NCBI RefSeq assembly: GCF_018977255.1
Contig: NW_024704743.1
Span: 111,974,001 to 112,038,000 of the forward strand
Length of the DNA: 64,000 nt
Reading direction: 5' to 3'
Source of the DNA: Callorhinchus milii
Taxonomy: Eukaryota
How positions within the stretch are numbered: position 1 is the stretch's first letter; every line of letters begins with the position of its first letter. Of the stretch, positions 24,401-38,321 are shown in pieces. Made by a program: the position numbers and the translations under genes. The notes under the pieces are model-generated. The model had not been told where the DNA came from. It saw nothing but the letters and a program-made list of their open reading frames with translations, and searched no databases.

Positions 24401-25429
24401 CTCACAAAAATGCTTACCCAATTTCCTAAGAAATCTTTCCCCCAGGTGAAGACACACCCAAGACTAAGACATTTCACATCTTCTATCCTTTAAGGCTGTT
24501 GCAATGGCTCTTCCCCATAGAACTTTGTGTTCAAGAGTTACAGTTACAGTCCAAAATGACAGCAGATGCAAGAGAATGGAGCATAACACTTACGTTCTCT
24601 TCCCCTTTTGTCGGGATACTACAGAACATTTAGAGCCCGTATTGCGGTTTAAGATTGAAATATTTCCTAAAGGATGAGAAGCCAACAAAGTGTGAAAATG
24701 TATGCTTCAAATTTAGCTACTTTTTGTACTGTAGTGGCTTTTGAAAATGGCTCTGCATCTCCCCTTTCCTCTTGTATCACAAATTCACCCCCTCTGTTAA
24801 CTGGGAATGGTCTGAAGCAGAGTCTGAAAATATCTCAGCTTCTTTTTGGAGATGATGGCAGCAATTCAAGAGGGAAGCTATGACAGAATTCATTATGCTT
24901 CACCCGCCTGTCTAGGTCTAACCAATCTGTTCAGATGCTCTACCTGACGATCCTGTGAAAAAATGTTAATACAGCCTGGAGTCTATTTTGCTCACTGCAT
25001 TGTGGTACTGCAGGGTACTAAAATGGTTAAATTGGCACATTATGTCTTAGAGAGGTGTGAGAGTGCATATATTAACACCAGCAGAGTGTTATCCTGTCAA
25101 GGAATTTCTTCTTATATGGAGAATAGGTGAAGATGGGTAGTTTGTAACTTAAAAGGAGAAATTTGGTGTCATTACTAGCCTCCCACTGGTCCATCGTGAA
25201 ATAAAGACTGCTGCTATGTAACTGCTGCTCCTCAAACCACATAACATGACCAGGGAATCTGTATCAGCCACTTTCGACTAATAGACTCCTGGTATTCTTG
25301 TTGACTCCTGTTAAATGAGCATTAATGAGTGCTGTGTTTATTCGCTCTGGAACACTTTTGTTGGCTTTTGTGAATTGCCTTCTCAGAGATTCATAAACAC
25401 ACATTCCAGCCTGTGTATTAACAGGCCAT

Positions 25430-25550
25430 CTGAATGCCACAGCTGAACCCAATCCTCACCAAATGTCCACATACACACACACAAACACACCTACCTTTTC
25501 ATAGAGATCGCCAGAGAGTGATCAGAAATGGGACCAAGGTTGACTTGCCA
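25430..25550 (-). mobile_element. Fragment of the same ancient repeat as 22170-22420
   Basis: Reverse complement reads gtgtgtatgtggacatttggtgaggattgggttcagctgtggc. Confidence 0.3.
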
Positions 25551-25589
25551 GCCTGGCTTGTTGATGGGACTTAAACACACATTAACACT

Positions 25590-25925
25590 GGGTGACCACT
25601 GCAAAATAGCGCTGGGGAAATGCTACATTGTCAAAGGTGCCATCCTTCAGATGAGACATTTAAACTGACATCTACCTGTTCAGGTGGACATTAAAGATCT
25701 CCTGACATCACTAGAAAAGTGAAGGGAGTTTTTTGTGCCCTGGCCAACAATCCCCCAAGTAAAATTAATGGCTGACTTCATGGCTGTTTCATAGGATAAT
25801 AATACCCTGTATTGTTGCATTTGCCGACAAATACAATCACTACACTTTACAGTAAAACTAGTGAAGCATTACAAGACCTTTCACCGATGTGATCAGGCAC
25901 GATATCAAATGCAACGATTACCATG
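25590..25925 (+). mobile_element. DeuSINE-like, 5'-truncated
   Basis: aggtgccatccttcagatgagacatt..caggtggacattaaagatc..tail. Confidence 0.75.
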
Positions 25926-26609
25926 ATGTAAATTTATGGGTTGATTAAATCATTTTCCAGATATTGGGACTATTTTTTATCCTGCCGATTGCGAGAGTGA
26001 AAAATAAAGCCGTCTGACAATCCAGCAGGAAAATTCAACTTTGTTGCATTGTAACCTGGGTTAAATTAGGACGTGAAGGTAATTTGCACAGCTGTAGTTT
26101 TGACTTTTACGTCAGTGCTACAGACGTTTCAGACTCATTTACTCGTAATCAAAACTCAAGGAACAGACAGGTAACATAATTTACAATCAGCTGGAATTAC
26201 AATGCACATGTGGAGTTATTGAAATGTATGGCTAAGGTCTGGGGAATCACATTAATCTTCATAATTAATTATAGAGAGCTCTTACGAGGTGATTGGACGG
26301 AAAACTGATTGAAATCTGGACCTTCAGTAAAAAATGCAACATTTAATATGTGAAAATAACCATGGTTTTGTGCTTTTTTTAAAAAAATGTCCTGAATCAG
26401 TTGAAATGACATGGATGTGCAAACGCACAAGAAAGAGGGACATTGACTGTTTAATTTGCCTTCACATCCAGGTTGTATACTGGGCAACAAAACAATTTGA
26501 GAAATTGGAAATGTTTGGAGAGAATGTCACCAACTTTGACTAAACTCACTTGTTTTGTCAAAAGTGGAATTTGGAAGAAATAAGTAGTGTATTATAACCA
26601 TAGCGGTAT

Positions 26610-26830
26610 TGGCTTTCCTGACCCTGCTCTCAAGAACTCCATTGTGGAGTCCCTCCGACTTGCACCTCCCTCTCCTTGTTCAAGGCCAGCCTTGAAAATA
26701 TATCTCTTTGACTAGGCTTTCAGTCATCTTTCCTCTCTGCACCCCCACCCCCAAGCTTGGCAATGTCAAGCGCGTTGTGACATCCAAACGGACATGAAAG
26801 GTACTGTGTAAATGCAAGATGTATTGCATT
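26610..26830 (+). mobile_element. L2 3' end, degraded
   Basis: WNSLP..LR..FK..LK..LF-like remnant followed by an L2 tail. Confidence 0.55.
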
Positions 26831-27487
26831 ATTAAACCACTAAACTATCATGTTTAATAACTCACCAGCTCTGAATTAGAAAGCAGTTCATTCCTGTAAC
26901 CCATAATCTCAACTGTGTGTTATGTTGATATCACACAAGGCATTTGGGAACTTTCATTCAGATGAAATGTACTTACTGTTATGGTGGCTGGCTGGCCTGC
27001 ATCAAAATCCGTGCCTGGCGTCTTGTGATGTGATTGCTTGCAGTGCTGCTCACTGAGGAGATCGAGCCTGTCAACGCAGCAGATGGTGTTTCAATCATGA
27101 AGGCAAGAGAAGAGGAAAAGGTTTTGTTCAGTTGTTGGTTCTCAGGATTTACTATGTTTTTTACAACTGGTAGGGAGATCACAACACGAAACAAAACCCT
27201 TAGATGTTTTTATTCAACAAAAACATACAAAGGATTGTGCAGAACTAGAGAAGACTATTTGCATTTTGGTTGGCGTGTAATAATTCTTTTATTTGATACA
27301 ACAGCTTCTCACATTGTTGATTCGTCTCAAAGTGTAGTGTAGTTACACTGAAGTGTAGTAACTACTTTGGTAGGCGAATGAAGGGAGTGAGGGAGTGAGT
27401 CAGAGGGATTCCAGAATGAAGTTCCAGAGAGCAGGGGCAGAATGGTTAAAAAGCCAATGTCCCTTTTATCTCTATGGGTATTGTACA

Positions 27488-27630
27488 TTAATAATCCTTG
27501 CATTTGATAATAATAATCCTTGTATCATGTCATCGAGACATTTCAAAGTGCTTCACAGAAGTCCACTGTAAAATGGACTGTGTGTAGTGGGCAAAACCTG
27601 GCAGCTAGTTTACGCACAGCAATGTCCCAA
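27488..27630 (-). mobile_element. Old SINE 3' fragment adjoining a young SINE
   Basis: Duplicated taataatccttg start, then gagacatttcaaagtgcttcacag. Confidence 0.7.
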
Positions 27631-27641
27631 AAAATAAAATG

Positions 27642-27968
27642 ATAATAATATAGTAATAATAATAATAATCCTTGCATTTGATATAGCGCTTTTCACGTCT
27701 TCTAGACGTCTCAAAGCGCTTCACAGAATATACTGTAAAGTGAATTGACTGTATATTTGTGGGCGAACGCGGCAGCCAATTGCGCACAGCAGTGTCCCAC
27801 AAACAGTCGTAGATTGAAAATGACCAATTTATTATTGTTTTGTTTTGGAGGGATTATTATTAGGCGTGTGGAGTAAGGAAACTTGCCCAAGGTTTCGCCC
27901 TGCCTGGAATTGAACTCAGGTCTCTCGCTTGCAAAGCGAGTGCTCTGACCACTGAGCTACAGGACTCC
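27642..27968 (-). mobile_element. Young full-length tRNA-Ala(TGC)-derived SINE
   Basis: Nearly identical to 47186-47509 and 61474-61793. Confidence 0.95.
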
Positions 27969-30326
27969 ATAATAGTGCAATAGTGTTGCAGAAAAGAAAA
28001 AATAACTTTTTAATTTAACATACTACTTATTTCTTCCAAATTCTACTTTTGCTAAAACAAGTGAATTTTATCAGTCAACGACACTCTCTCCAAACAATTA
28101 AAATCTGTTATGCTATCTTCTGTAAAATCATATTTTCCCACAAATAATAATAATCCTAAATGATTAAACCAACAATTTTCATTAATAAGAACATGTCAGA
28201 TTGGAAAATACCATTTCGATCCAATTGGCTGGTCCCAGATGAAATACCAGCCATCTTGTAATAAAAAAAACATAGAAATAACCTTCACAGCTCTTTGGAA
28301 CTCATATCCCTCAATTGCTACCTACTACATTTGCTAAATACATAGTTGCAATGTTGACCATTCCTTCGTTCTATTTCAAGGTTTTAGCTCTCATCGTATT
28401 TATGGTTGAAATGTCAGTGTTTGGAAGTCGTAGGAATGAGTGTATCTAGTGCATTAGAAACCGGATCTTCAACACAGCAAATAGATATGGCCTGGGAGTC
28501 AAATCCAAGTCAGCAGTGAGCAGAAATCCCATGATTCTATCCAAGCGAATCATGTAACATATTGTTTGTAATTTTTGCTTGCATCTTTCAGAAGCATCTT
28601 TCTTCATCTAACCCTACTTTGGGAATGTGGAACCACCATATAATTTACTGTCCACATGCTGCATCAGTGATTAGAAAGGTAATTTGTTACTTTCCTTATG
28701 CTTGTCAGTATTTCCCCCCCTCCCCCCAACTAAACAGAATTGTTTATTCATCCGTTTAACAATTGGGGAGAAAAAACAAATTGCAATATTCAATAGCTTG
28801 TCACTTCATCTACTGCTCTAAAAATAATTTTCCAAATGAATTATTATGGGATTATACCTGAACATTTCTTTGCTCATATATATTATATATACACAGTATA
28901 TTAATATTTTCATTGGTACATTCATCCACAAAATACAGTCCTGTGAAATGTTTTGAGACGTCATCCTGACGCAATATCGAATGCAAGGATTATTATTATA
29001 TTTTTATTTCTTTCCAATTGATTTCCAGATTAAAAGCAAAAGTCAAGGCTGACAGACAATCAGAAAGGCTGTGATTTTCTTGTGAGTGAGGCCTGGAGAA
29101 TAAAGGCCTCAGTACTTTATTTTTCCTGCAACGGACAGCAATGATTCAACATCTTAAAACCTAATCACTGGTGCCTATTAAATTTAGGTTTCATATATTG
29201 CTGGAGGTAGAACTGATTATCACAGTGAATGAAATACTTGTTTGGCTCATTCCCATGGGGCAAAAAGTCATTCTTCAAGGTGATGCATCTCATTTGAGGA
29301 ATACATTAACAATTGAAGGGAGTTAAAAATACATGTGAACTCCCAGTGAGGCAGAACCAAGTTTGCCATGTATATTTACAATAACAGGGACTGACTCTTG
29401 CCTTATCTATGTAAAGTAAACAATGCAATGGATGGCTGATTTCTGCAATGCACAAACCTTCATTTACAACTCTGAAATGGCAGGTAGATCATAGCTGCTT
29501 AGCAAATATTTAAGATTCAATGCACCAGATAGGTTTTCTTTTGCAGTCTTTCTGTCCAGCATTCGTTATAGAAGACCACGTAAAATAGAACAAGGTTACT
29601 AGACTGAGGGTCAGGTTTAACTTTGTGCTTCAATATCCGATCATTGGCAAAATAAAATCAGATGAATAATTAAAGTCCACAGCGAGGTTTATGGAGAAAG
29701 TAGTGGACCAGAACAATGAACGTGTCGTAAGCGAGTGGCAGTATCAAGACCAAACAAAAATATCAGAAAACACATTCTAAATACAGAGCAATTGTCAAAA
29801 CATCAGTGTTAATAGCATTGTCAGCTATATTGCATTACAATGGAGCAATCCTTTGCAGATGGGTTGTTATTCAGGCAGTAGGTGACAAGATGGTTTAACA
29901 GCATTCAGAGAATTGCACACATTTAACTTGACTTTCATATAAGAGTATCAAAAAAAATTGCTCAAAACGGAAAGTTTCCTTTCTGAAAGTTGATCTGAAG
30001 ACCATGTTTTGTACATTTGTATACTTTGTTTTTGTGACAAATACAGTCACTACCTTTGATGGTAAAATCCGGTGTAGCTCTTTGAGGTGTTTCAATGTTG
30101 TGACAAGGTGTCAAATGCAAGGATTATTGCATTAAATAAAATGAAAATTATTTAGGGATATTCTTATACATTTGTAATAAGAAATGTTAATTTGAAAAAT
30201 GTCTAATAAGTTTTCAATAGAGTAAAATTCACAGTGTTTGTCTCGTTATTAATTATTTTCTGGTACAATGGATCGTCCGATTCCACAGTATATTTAAATA
30301 TGAACTGCCCACAGTCAAGGCATTTT

Positions 30327-30765
30327 CAAGTCCTTGCCAGACTCCACTGGCTCCCAATTACTGAACGGATCAATTTCAAGATCCTCTCACTCGTTTTCAA
30401 ATCCCTTCATGCCCTCGCACTTCCCCACCTCCGACCTGCTTACCCCCCACTCCACCATCCGTTGCCTGCTCGACTGGCTCCGGCTTCCTGTTTATCCCTC
30501 GTCCACTCCGCTCCACCATCGGTGGCTGTGCCTTCAGCCACTATACCCCGACACTCTGGAACTCTCTCAGTCAATCTCCCCTGCCTTGCCCCCTCCCACC
30601 CCACCTTCAATTCCTGCCTAAATACCTTCCTTTTTCATCATGCTTATGGTCGAACATCCCCCCCTCCCCTTCCCCCTTGGCGCGGGGTCAGACTCTGCCA
30701 CTGTTAAGTGCTTTAGGAAGCTACCCTGCGTGAAGGGCGCTATATAAATGCAAGTTGTTGTTGTT
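30327..30765 (+). mobile_element. L2 LINE 3' fragment
   Basis: VLARLHWLPITERINFKILSLVFKSLHALA; tail gctaccctgcgtgaagggcgctatataaatgcaag(ttg)n. Confidence 0.9.
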
Positions 30766-31372
30766 TTCAAGTATAAACTGGGATTCCATTTGGAAAATAC
30801 ACGCAATTGAACTCTGCCTCCAAGTAGCCCCTGAATTCAGGACAACTGGTTTGCTTATCTGTCCGCAATTCGTTGGTGGATTCACACAGAAATTGCTACC
30901 TCTAAGTCCACATACATACAACGATTCAAAAAAGGCTTTGAGGTGTCAGAAATCTCTTATAAACAAACATGGGATAATTTTCCAGCTGATGGTAACTACT
31001 GTTTAATTCTTACTTACTGTCATACAAAAAAATCTGAATCCAATAGGTGTTAAGTTGCTCTTGAGTGCAAGTAATGCTTGTGTCACATTCTGGTATAGAC
31101 TTAACACAGTGATAAATCTCTAACACCAACGAAGTAAAAACAGCTGCTGAACCAATTATTCAGGGGTGGATCCAATTAACTTTATGCAGATTGCAAATTC
31201 TGAATAGCTACGTGCTGTGTACCCCACAAGAGTATAGGTTACACTCCATCAGGTCTTAATCTACAACAGCAAAGTAAATTCAGTGCAGTGAAAGGCGATT
31301 TATTTGAAATTCTTCACAGCTGTCAATCAAAGGATTGTGGCTAGCATATAGTGTACAAGGAAGCATTATACA

Positions 31373-31535
31373 CTAATAATTCTTGCATTTGATCTAGCAT
31401 CTATAATGTCAAAATGTCTCAAAGCACTTCACAGGATTCACTGTAAAGTGTAGTGACTGTATTTATAGATGAATGCAGCAGCCAAATTATGCACAACAAT
31501 GCCCCATGAACAGCCAAGAAGCACAAACAGCCATG
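31373..31535 (-). mobile_element. SINE 3' fragment
   Basis: tcttgcatttgatctagc..tctcaaagcacttcacagg. Confidence 0.7.
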
Positions 31536-31994
31536 GTGTAAACTATCTGGATTTATTTGGAGGATTGTTAGTCAGAGCCACTAATTTGAGGTGCAGTATT
31601 TCACACGATTCCCTAAATCCTTGTTCACCTACAGGAAGACTGCTCGGGAAACATCACATTGGAATAGCGTTCCATATGTCAACGTGATGTATTTACACAT
31701 ATTCCCTTATATTGGGGTGTAATTCATGTATATTGAACCTTCAATTTAATATCACAGTGGAACATCACGTATCTGCACAGCAATTATCGGTCTATCTAAA
31801 TGATATTTCAAGATAACCTGCAATATTAAATAGAAGGTTCTATGAACAGTCTACAGAATATCAGCCTAACCACACGGAGTAAAACTCAAAATGCCCTAAA
31901 CATGAATGCATTCCAGTAGCATTCACAGAACAAGAATGCCTCATGTGACTGAAGATTGGGGAAGCTGTAAGAGGAGGGTGAGTGGCTTATAGGG

Positions 31995-32543
31995 TACAAT
32001 AAGAATCCTTGCATATGACATGCCTTATCACGTCATAGAGATGTCTCAAAGCCCTTCACAGAATGCAGTGCAAAGTGGATTGACTATTTTGTGGGCTATA
32101 TACGACAGCAATTTCACATAGCAGTGTCCCACAAATAGTCATGGAGTGACTGACCTAATTTGTTCTTTTGGTGGGGGGAATTATTACCCCCAGAAAGCAA
32201 TCTGCCAATCAACTAATCTACATATGGGAAGTTTCAAAGGCTAGTGTGAAGCAAGAAAAGACAACCCTGGATTCATAAATATTGTTGGAGTTGCAGTTCT
32301 TCAGATGACATGTTAAAGCAAGGTCTGTCTACCTATTCATGTGGATGTTAAAGATCTCATGACACGGTTTGAAAAGAGAATTTCTCCAGGTGTTCTGGCC
32401 AACAAAAACATTGTCATTCACACTGCCAGTGTTGCATTGGAGTGTCAACATACATTATACTGGGTTCCAATTCCCAGTATGGGGCTCAAACCCACAACTT
32501 TGACTTAGTGGTGAGAGTGTTTCCTACTGAGCTGGGCTGACAC
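31995..32543. mobile_element. SINE cluster: long Ala-type 3' part (-), Deu middle (+), Deu head (-)
   Basis: 31995-32215 minus; ~32280-32420 plus; ~32423-32543 minus. Confidence 0.7.
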
Positions 32544-35176
32544 ACCAACTCATAAAATGTGGCAAAGTTGGTTTCCTTCTCAGCTCTATTGGTTCCTTTA
32601 TTATTTCTTACCACAACATCCTGTGATAACATCTTGACAGTTTTAAGCCATCTCACCTACTCATCCGATTTCCCACAAGTTTCCTTCAATGTAACTATCT
32701 ATAAATCTAATAAGTAATCTTTGGAATGCCTGAATCCTTTTAGTTGATGGATCTCACATTGGGACATCAGCCTTCACCCATTTTCGCACTTTGCAAAATG
32801 AAAACTTTACTGCTTTTACAAGATCTTGTTAACAACAGAGATTTCAGGATTAGAGTTATTTGTACATTAAACAATGCTGTACACAGATTAGAGCATAGGT
32901 AATTTGTTTAACATACAATAATGTAGAAGAATGGGCTACATACATATATAGTGAAAGGTTTTGAGATCTCCCCCCTAAATGAAAGACACTATAGCAAATG
33001 CAAAGATTTCTTTCGAAAAGAATGCACTCAATAAAACATTTTATACTGTTTTATAAGAGTATGTTGTATAAAATATAGTATTTTATATCTCTATACATGT
33101 ATTCTAGTATTATACCTTCATAAAACTGAGTGTTATTCTGAGAGTGCCCTGTCCTCCTTGATACGACTCTAACCCTGCTCTATTGTCACAATTGCTCTTG
33201 CGGAGATGCATGGAAAAGATATGCTCAGAATAGTGGTGGTTATAGATGTTGCAAAGGCCAATAACAAAACCCACAGGGGATAACAAAACCAAATTCATTG
33301 CATATACAGTAAACACAAGAGACAACTGGGAATGTGTACAAGGCTGCAACACGCTTAAAGGGTTCAAATGACTGGTAAAGCATTCAAGCTTTTCTCTTAT
33401 GGTTTATAATGCCCTCTGAACTCAACTAGCTTTCCAAAATGGACCCAGGCATCTTTTACCCTGGTACAAATTTGTGTGCGTGTGTTTTATGTAATACACT
33501 GCTTTTAGAATACATCTTAAATTATGTTTATTTGGCAGGAAAAAAAATCACCATGAATTCAATCTGTTTGTCACTTCCTTTGAGATCTGCAAACAAACTG
33601 TGTTGGAACCAGCTGGTCCCCATGTGCTGAGCTGTTAAAGGAGGGATACCTGTCTTGCATTACATTCAGGAAGATACAGAGCCAGTGGCAGGCTGACTCC
33701 CTGAAAGGGCTCAGAATTTGTATATTAAGTGGAGGCACTGATTCACGCTAAATAAACAAAATAAGTATAAAACAGTGCATAGTTTGGGACATGATATGTC
33801 AAGCATCTGCTAGGAAGGTGGAAGGCGAACTAAGTGGACCTTGGTCTTCTTCCACCTAGCAAATTCTTATGTTCCTATTCCCGCAACCACCCACCCCCCA
33901 CTACTCGCCCGCCTGCTGGTAATCGAGAGGATCTTTAACTGCTTCCACTTCTCAAACTATCTCCTCTCCTCCACTCCACCATTTTCATGACCGTATATTG
34001 GCTTATATGTTCATTATTTTGACTGGGGGAGAAAGAGAGGAGTGGGCGAGAGGTTTAACAATTATCAGGAGTTATACATGGATGTACTGTCTGCCCAGGC
34101 TTGTAGGTCTTCACTGTCTGGAGTCTTTTTCATCCTCATTGTCACCTACCAACCTATGTGATGGATGAAGCAACTCTTCTCCCCACCCACACAACAACTG
34201 TAACCCGCTCCACTGCAGCCATCAGTCATGCGGTGCACCCCTGTCTGGTAATCGGCAGAATGCCACAGTTTCAGGATGTCAAGAAATCCAGCAAACATGT
34301 CTGGACTTTTGGGTTCTCAGATCACCGGCCCCGAGCCTCCACCCAAGGATGCTGTTGGACACATCTAAGCTTCTAACAACCATCTGATTTATTGATTGAA
34401 CTGATATTTTTCTTTCTGTTTAGGTTGAATTTATTTTTCCTCTGACCCACCCCCACACTCTGCTCTCTCTTCCTCCCCCACCCTAATAAACTTATTTTAT
34501 AATGAAAAGGACAAACGAAAACCTTGATAATAAACAAAATTGAGGGCCTTTAAAGCCATTTGGTTGGTGCTAAGGGTTGGTGCTGAGGGCTGAAAATATG
34601 TACAGCATAGCACTGCTAGCTTGTTCCAAATTGCTATTCCTAGCCACAGAACAATTAGGCCAAAAAGTACCATTCACAGAGATACTCAGGACATTTCCCG
34701 ATTACCCAAATATCCAGTCTGACCCTGTGCAGAGCTTTAGAGTACCACTTGCCCTGCATGGATCAAAGTGGTTGAAAAAAAAGTATACCCTGTGGGTAAC
34801 AAATTTGTCTTAGCATCCTACGAGTCAGGAAGATTTTTGCCTACACAATAGCTACACTTTTCATTACAACCTATGAAGCACTTTGAGACATCATTCTGAC
34901 GAGAAAGATACCATATCAAATGCAAGGATTATTATTTTATCACCATTATAACATTAAAATATTGTAATGGAGATTATAATAAAATGAAGTCACCTATGGC
35001 TTATGTAGGCCACCCTGATGAGTGGAGTAAGCCTCATTCGGGATTATTCTCTGTATACCAAGTGTGAAGCAATATTGCAGACACAGCTTAACCCCCTGTA
35101 TATATTCTGACCATTTTATACTGGGAGCTATTTTTCTTGCAGAGGTTGAAATGTTTTAGGATGATGAAAGGTTGCT

Positions 35177-35448
35177 AAATAATAATAATAATAATCCTTG
35201 CATATGATATAGCACTTTTCACGTCTTCTAGATGTTGCAAAGTGCTTCACAGAATATATTGTAAAGTGAATTGACTGTATATTTGTGGATGAAACGCGCA
35301 GCCAATTGCGCACAGGAGTGTCCCACAAACATTCGTGGATTGAGTGATCAAATTATTATTGTTTTTTTTGAAGGATTATTATCCCCAGAAAAGCAATCCG
35401 CCAATCGATTAACAACTGGGTTCCTACTTACTGCTAGGTAAGCAGAGG
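35177..35448 (-). mobile_element. tRNA-Ala-type SINE, long variant, 5'-truncated
   Basis: Same extra segment as 2184: aagcaatccgccaatcgattaacaactgggttcctacttactgctaggtaagcagagg. Confidence 0.85.
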
Positions 35449-35694
35449 TATATAGTTCTGTTCGGAGAAGTCTAATGTTTAACACCATGACCTGTAGAAA
35501 CATCAACTTGTGTACATGAAGCTTCATGTTGCTTTAGAGGAACAAAGGAGTTTTAAATTGTTTTTGTATCGTCTATGGACATTATTATGTATAAAGTGTG
35601 TGTAAATATGGATGTATTATTGCAGTATTGGATGGTGTATAATATAGAATTACAAGGTGTTATAGTTAGTGAATACAATTTAAAAAAAATTGGA

Positions 35695-36530
35695 CAGGTT
35701 AAGATGATTGAGAGGGGACCTGATGGAAATGTTTAAGATTATGAATTCAATAAGGGGGATGCTGATGAGTCCAAACAAAAACAACAAATTACATTTGTAC
35801 AGCGACTTTCATGTCAGGAGGATGTCCCAGGGAGCTGGATAGCCAGGGATTTAGACTTGAGTAGGGGATTGAGATCAGGAGGGGTGGAGGGCAGGGAGGG
35901 TAGGGGTACAAGGGTGGCCAAAGGCGTGGTCGAAGTGGAGGGTCTTGAGACATGCCGTGAAGGAGGCACGGGAGGGAGGGAGCAAGGCGAAGGGACTCGG
36001 GGACGCAGTTCCAAGGGGTGGGGTCAGAGAAACTGAAGGTCCGACCGCCAATGGTGGGGCGGACTGAGTGTGGGACGTGGAGCAGGCTGGAGCCTGCTGA
36101 GGGGAGGAAGCAGACAGGTTGATATGGGGTTAGCAGGTCACAGAGGAAGGAACAAGGCCATGGAGGGCTTTGAAGGTGAGGATGAGGATTTTAAACTCTA
36201 TCCTCTGGGAGATGAGGAGCCAGTGGAACCGGTCAAATCTAGAAGGCATAAATCCAAGACAGCCAATTTTCATGTCAGAAGGACATACCAAGGCATTGGA
36301 CAGTCAATGGTTTGCAGAAGATTTCATAGGTAATGTAAGAGGAACTTCTTCATAGTAGTGAGAATGTGGAACTCACTGCCCCAAGGCATAGTTAAAGCAA
36401 AAAGCATCAAATATTTAAGATGCATACCTGAGGGAGAGGGGAATAAAATATAGGAGCGGAGGGGCTTGTTTCCGGTATAAACGTCAGCATGGATTAGTTG
36501 GACTGAATAGCCCGTTTCAATGTGCCTCAT
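35695..36530 (+). mobile_element. CR1 3' region split by an L2 insertion
   Basis: LRGDLMEMFKIM before the L2; VVRMWNSLPQGIVKAKSI and the CR1 3' UTR after it. Confidence 0.75.
35773..36232 (-). mobile_element. L2 3' fragment nested in CR1
   Basis: Tail acaacaaattacatttgtacagcg; minus strand reads FHWLLISQRIEFKILILTFKALHGLVP. Confidence 0.9.
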
Positions 36531-36669
36531 TTTTGTATCATTATCATCTGTTATCTATATACAGATATGGTTGCATGCACTTGCATGGTTGCTCTCGCGC
36601 ATGCACAGAGATAATTAAATTAATTATTAATTATCAATGAAAGAATTGGTTTATACAATGAATAAAAGA

Positions 36670-36885
36670 AAACAGAAAGAGTTTTTTCACTAAGAGGCTT
36701 GTTAGGGTGTGGAGATCATCAGCACAAGGAATGAATTGGGTCTATCGGGCCTGGATCAATAGAATCATTCAAAAAGGAACAGGATCCGATTCTTAATTAA
36801 CACATTAAGGCATATGGGAATAACAACTTAAAAAAAGCAGTGCTGAACAAATGGCCTCCTCTAAGATGAAAAAAATCTATGTTTA
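36670..36885 (+). mobile_element. CR1 3' end, degraded
   Basis: FFTKRLVRVW...SFKKE remnant. Confidence 0.55.
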
Positions 36886-38159
36886 AACCCCCAACACAGA
36901 GATCCAATAAATAATAGTCCCTGAATTTCATATATTGCCTAACAAAGGAGAATTTATTGTGGGGAAAATTGATGGTAAGGTCCTATCCTGGTGGCGTAAT
37001 GGTTAACTACAACACTAAACACCTCAGAAGTTCATAGGTTAAGATGTTGTGTTGATCTGAGCTGGGATAACAACTAGGGTAAAATAAAAGTTGCATTTTT
37101 AATAGAGTCTCATCACACCAAAATAATCTGCTGTAACCTTATAAAATGAATAAACTGTTTTGAAGCCCTTGAGGTCGGAAGGAGAAAAAAAACACCCCCA
37201 ATTAAAATTTTCACAAATTTTAGGACTATGCTTTTAAGGTTAAGACCATGTGAACTTTCAGTAGGAATTGGCACCTGCACAATACAGGTTCAACTATATT
37301 TTCATCCCAGGATTTTTAGGTCATCCTGTGAAGTGTAATATAAATTAAGTTCTCTCTTTGCAACTGTTGCCGTGCAGTGATTAAGGGGAACTCTCTAAGT
37401 GGATTCAGGAAATTGGAATTACATTGATCTAAGCACACATCCAATATAATAGGATTCAAGACCCAGAGGGCTGTCAAACAGTTGATTAAGACTGTCTAAA
37501 AGTTCAGATTTCCAATGCAGCAACATAAAATACATACGCATCAAACCTTCATAAGAGAAGGGAATGTCCTGGACAATAATCCTTCAGATAATATTTGTTA
37601 TTCACTTCATGGCAATCTCTGGGACTTTGCAGTGTGCAAATTGGTCATGCTTGCCTATAAAATACACAGTCACTACGTTTTGCGGTAAATCCTATGAAAG
37701 TGCTTTGATACATCCTCCCAACACAAAAGGCATTAGTATTGTGGTAACACACCTCTAAAACAGCAGAAACAAATATCATGCCAAAGAAGTGAATTTCAGA
37801 CTTCACTTACTGCATATATGTTCTGAATTGCCCATATGAGCATTAAAAGCTACCAATTGTTGAGGGGGTAGTGGTGTCTCAGTGTCAATTGGCAGATATT
37901 CACCAAAATGTAAGAGGAACTCCATAGAAGTTATTTAAACTAGATCAATAGAATGTGTGATTTGTTAACATCATTGGTGCTAATTAATTCATCATTTAGA
38001 AAGGAATTGTCAATGTGTTAAATGTGGGCTAATCATCAGCTGTGCTGATAGTGGATCCTTCTCCCACCCCCCCTTTATGAATTAACCAGCACACTTCAAA
38101 CAGGACAAACTTGGAACCACCCTATGTTAAATCTTTGAGGCATTTACTCATTCACTTTG

Positions 38160-38320
38160 AAGCAGTTTGTGGAATATTGTTGTGCGCAAATTGGCTACTT
38201 CAGGCACCTGTACAAATACAATAGTCACTGCACTTCACAGCAAAATTTTATGAATCACTTTCAGACCACACGATAAGGCACATTATCAAATGCAAGGATT
38301 ATTAATTATCATTATTATTA
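38160..38320 (+). mobile_element. SINE 3' fragment
   Basis: tgtgcgcaaattggct..atcaaatgcaaggattatt. Confidence 0.7.
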
Positions 38321-38321
38321 G

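Noticed and set aside
27044..27104. Possible coding exon VLLTEEIEPVNAADGVSIMK
   Set aside because: Only a non-canonical GC donor, no recognisable protein and no partner exons.
35025..35055. Second hammerhead-like ctgatgag...cggga
   Set aside because: Stem II is imperfect and the catalytic GAAA is missing.
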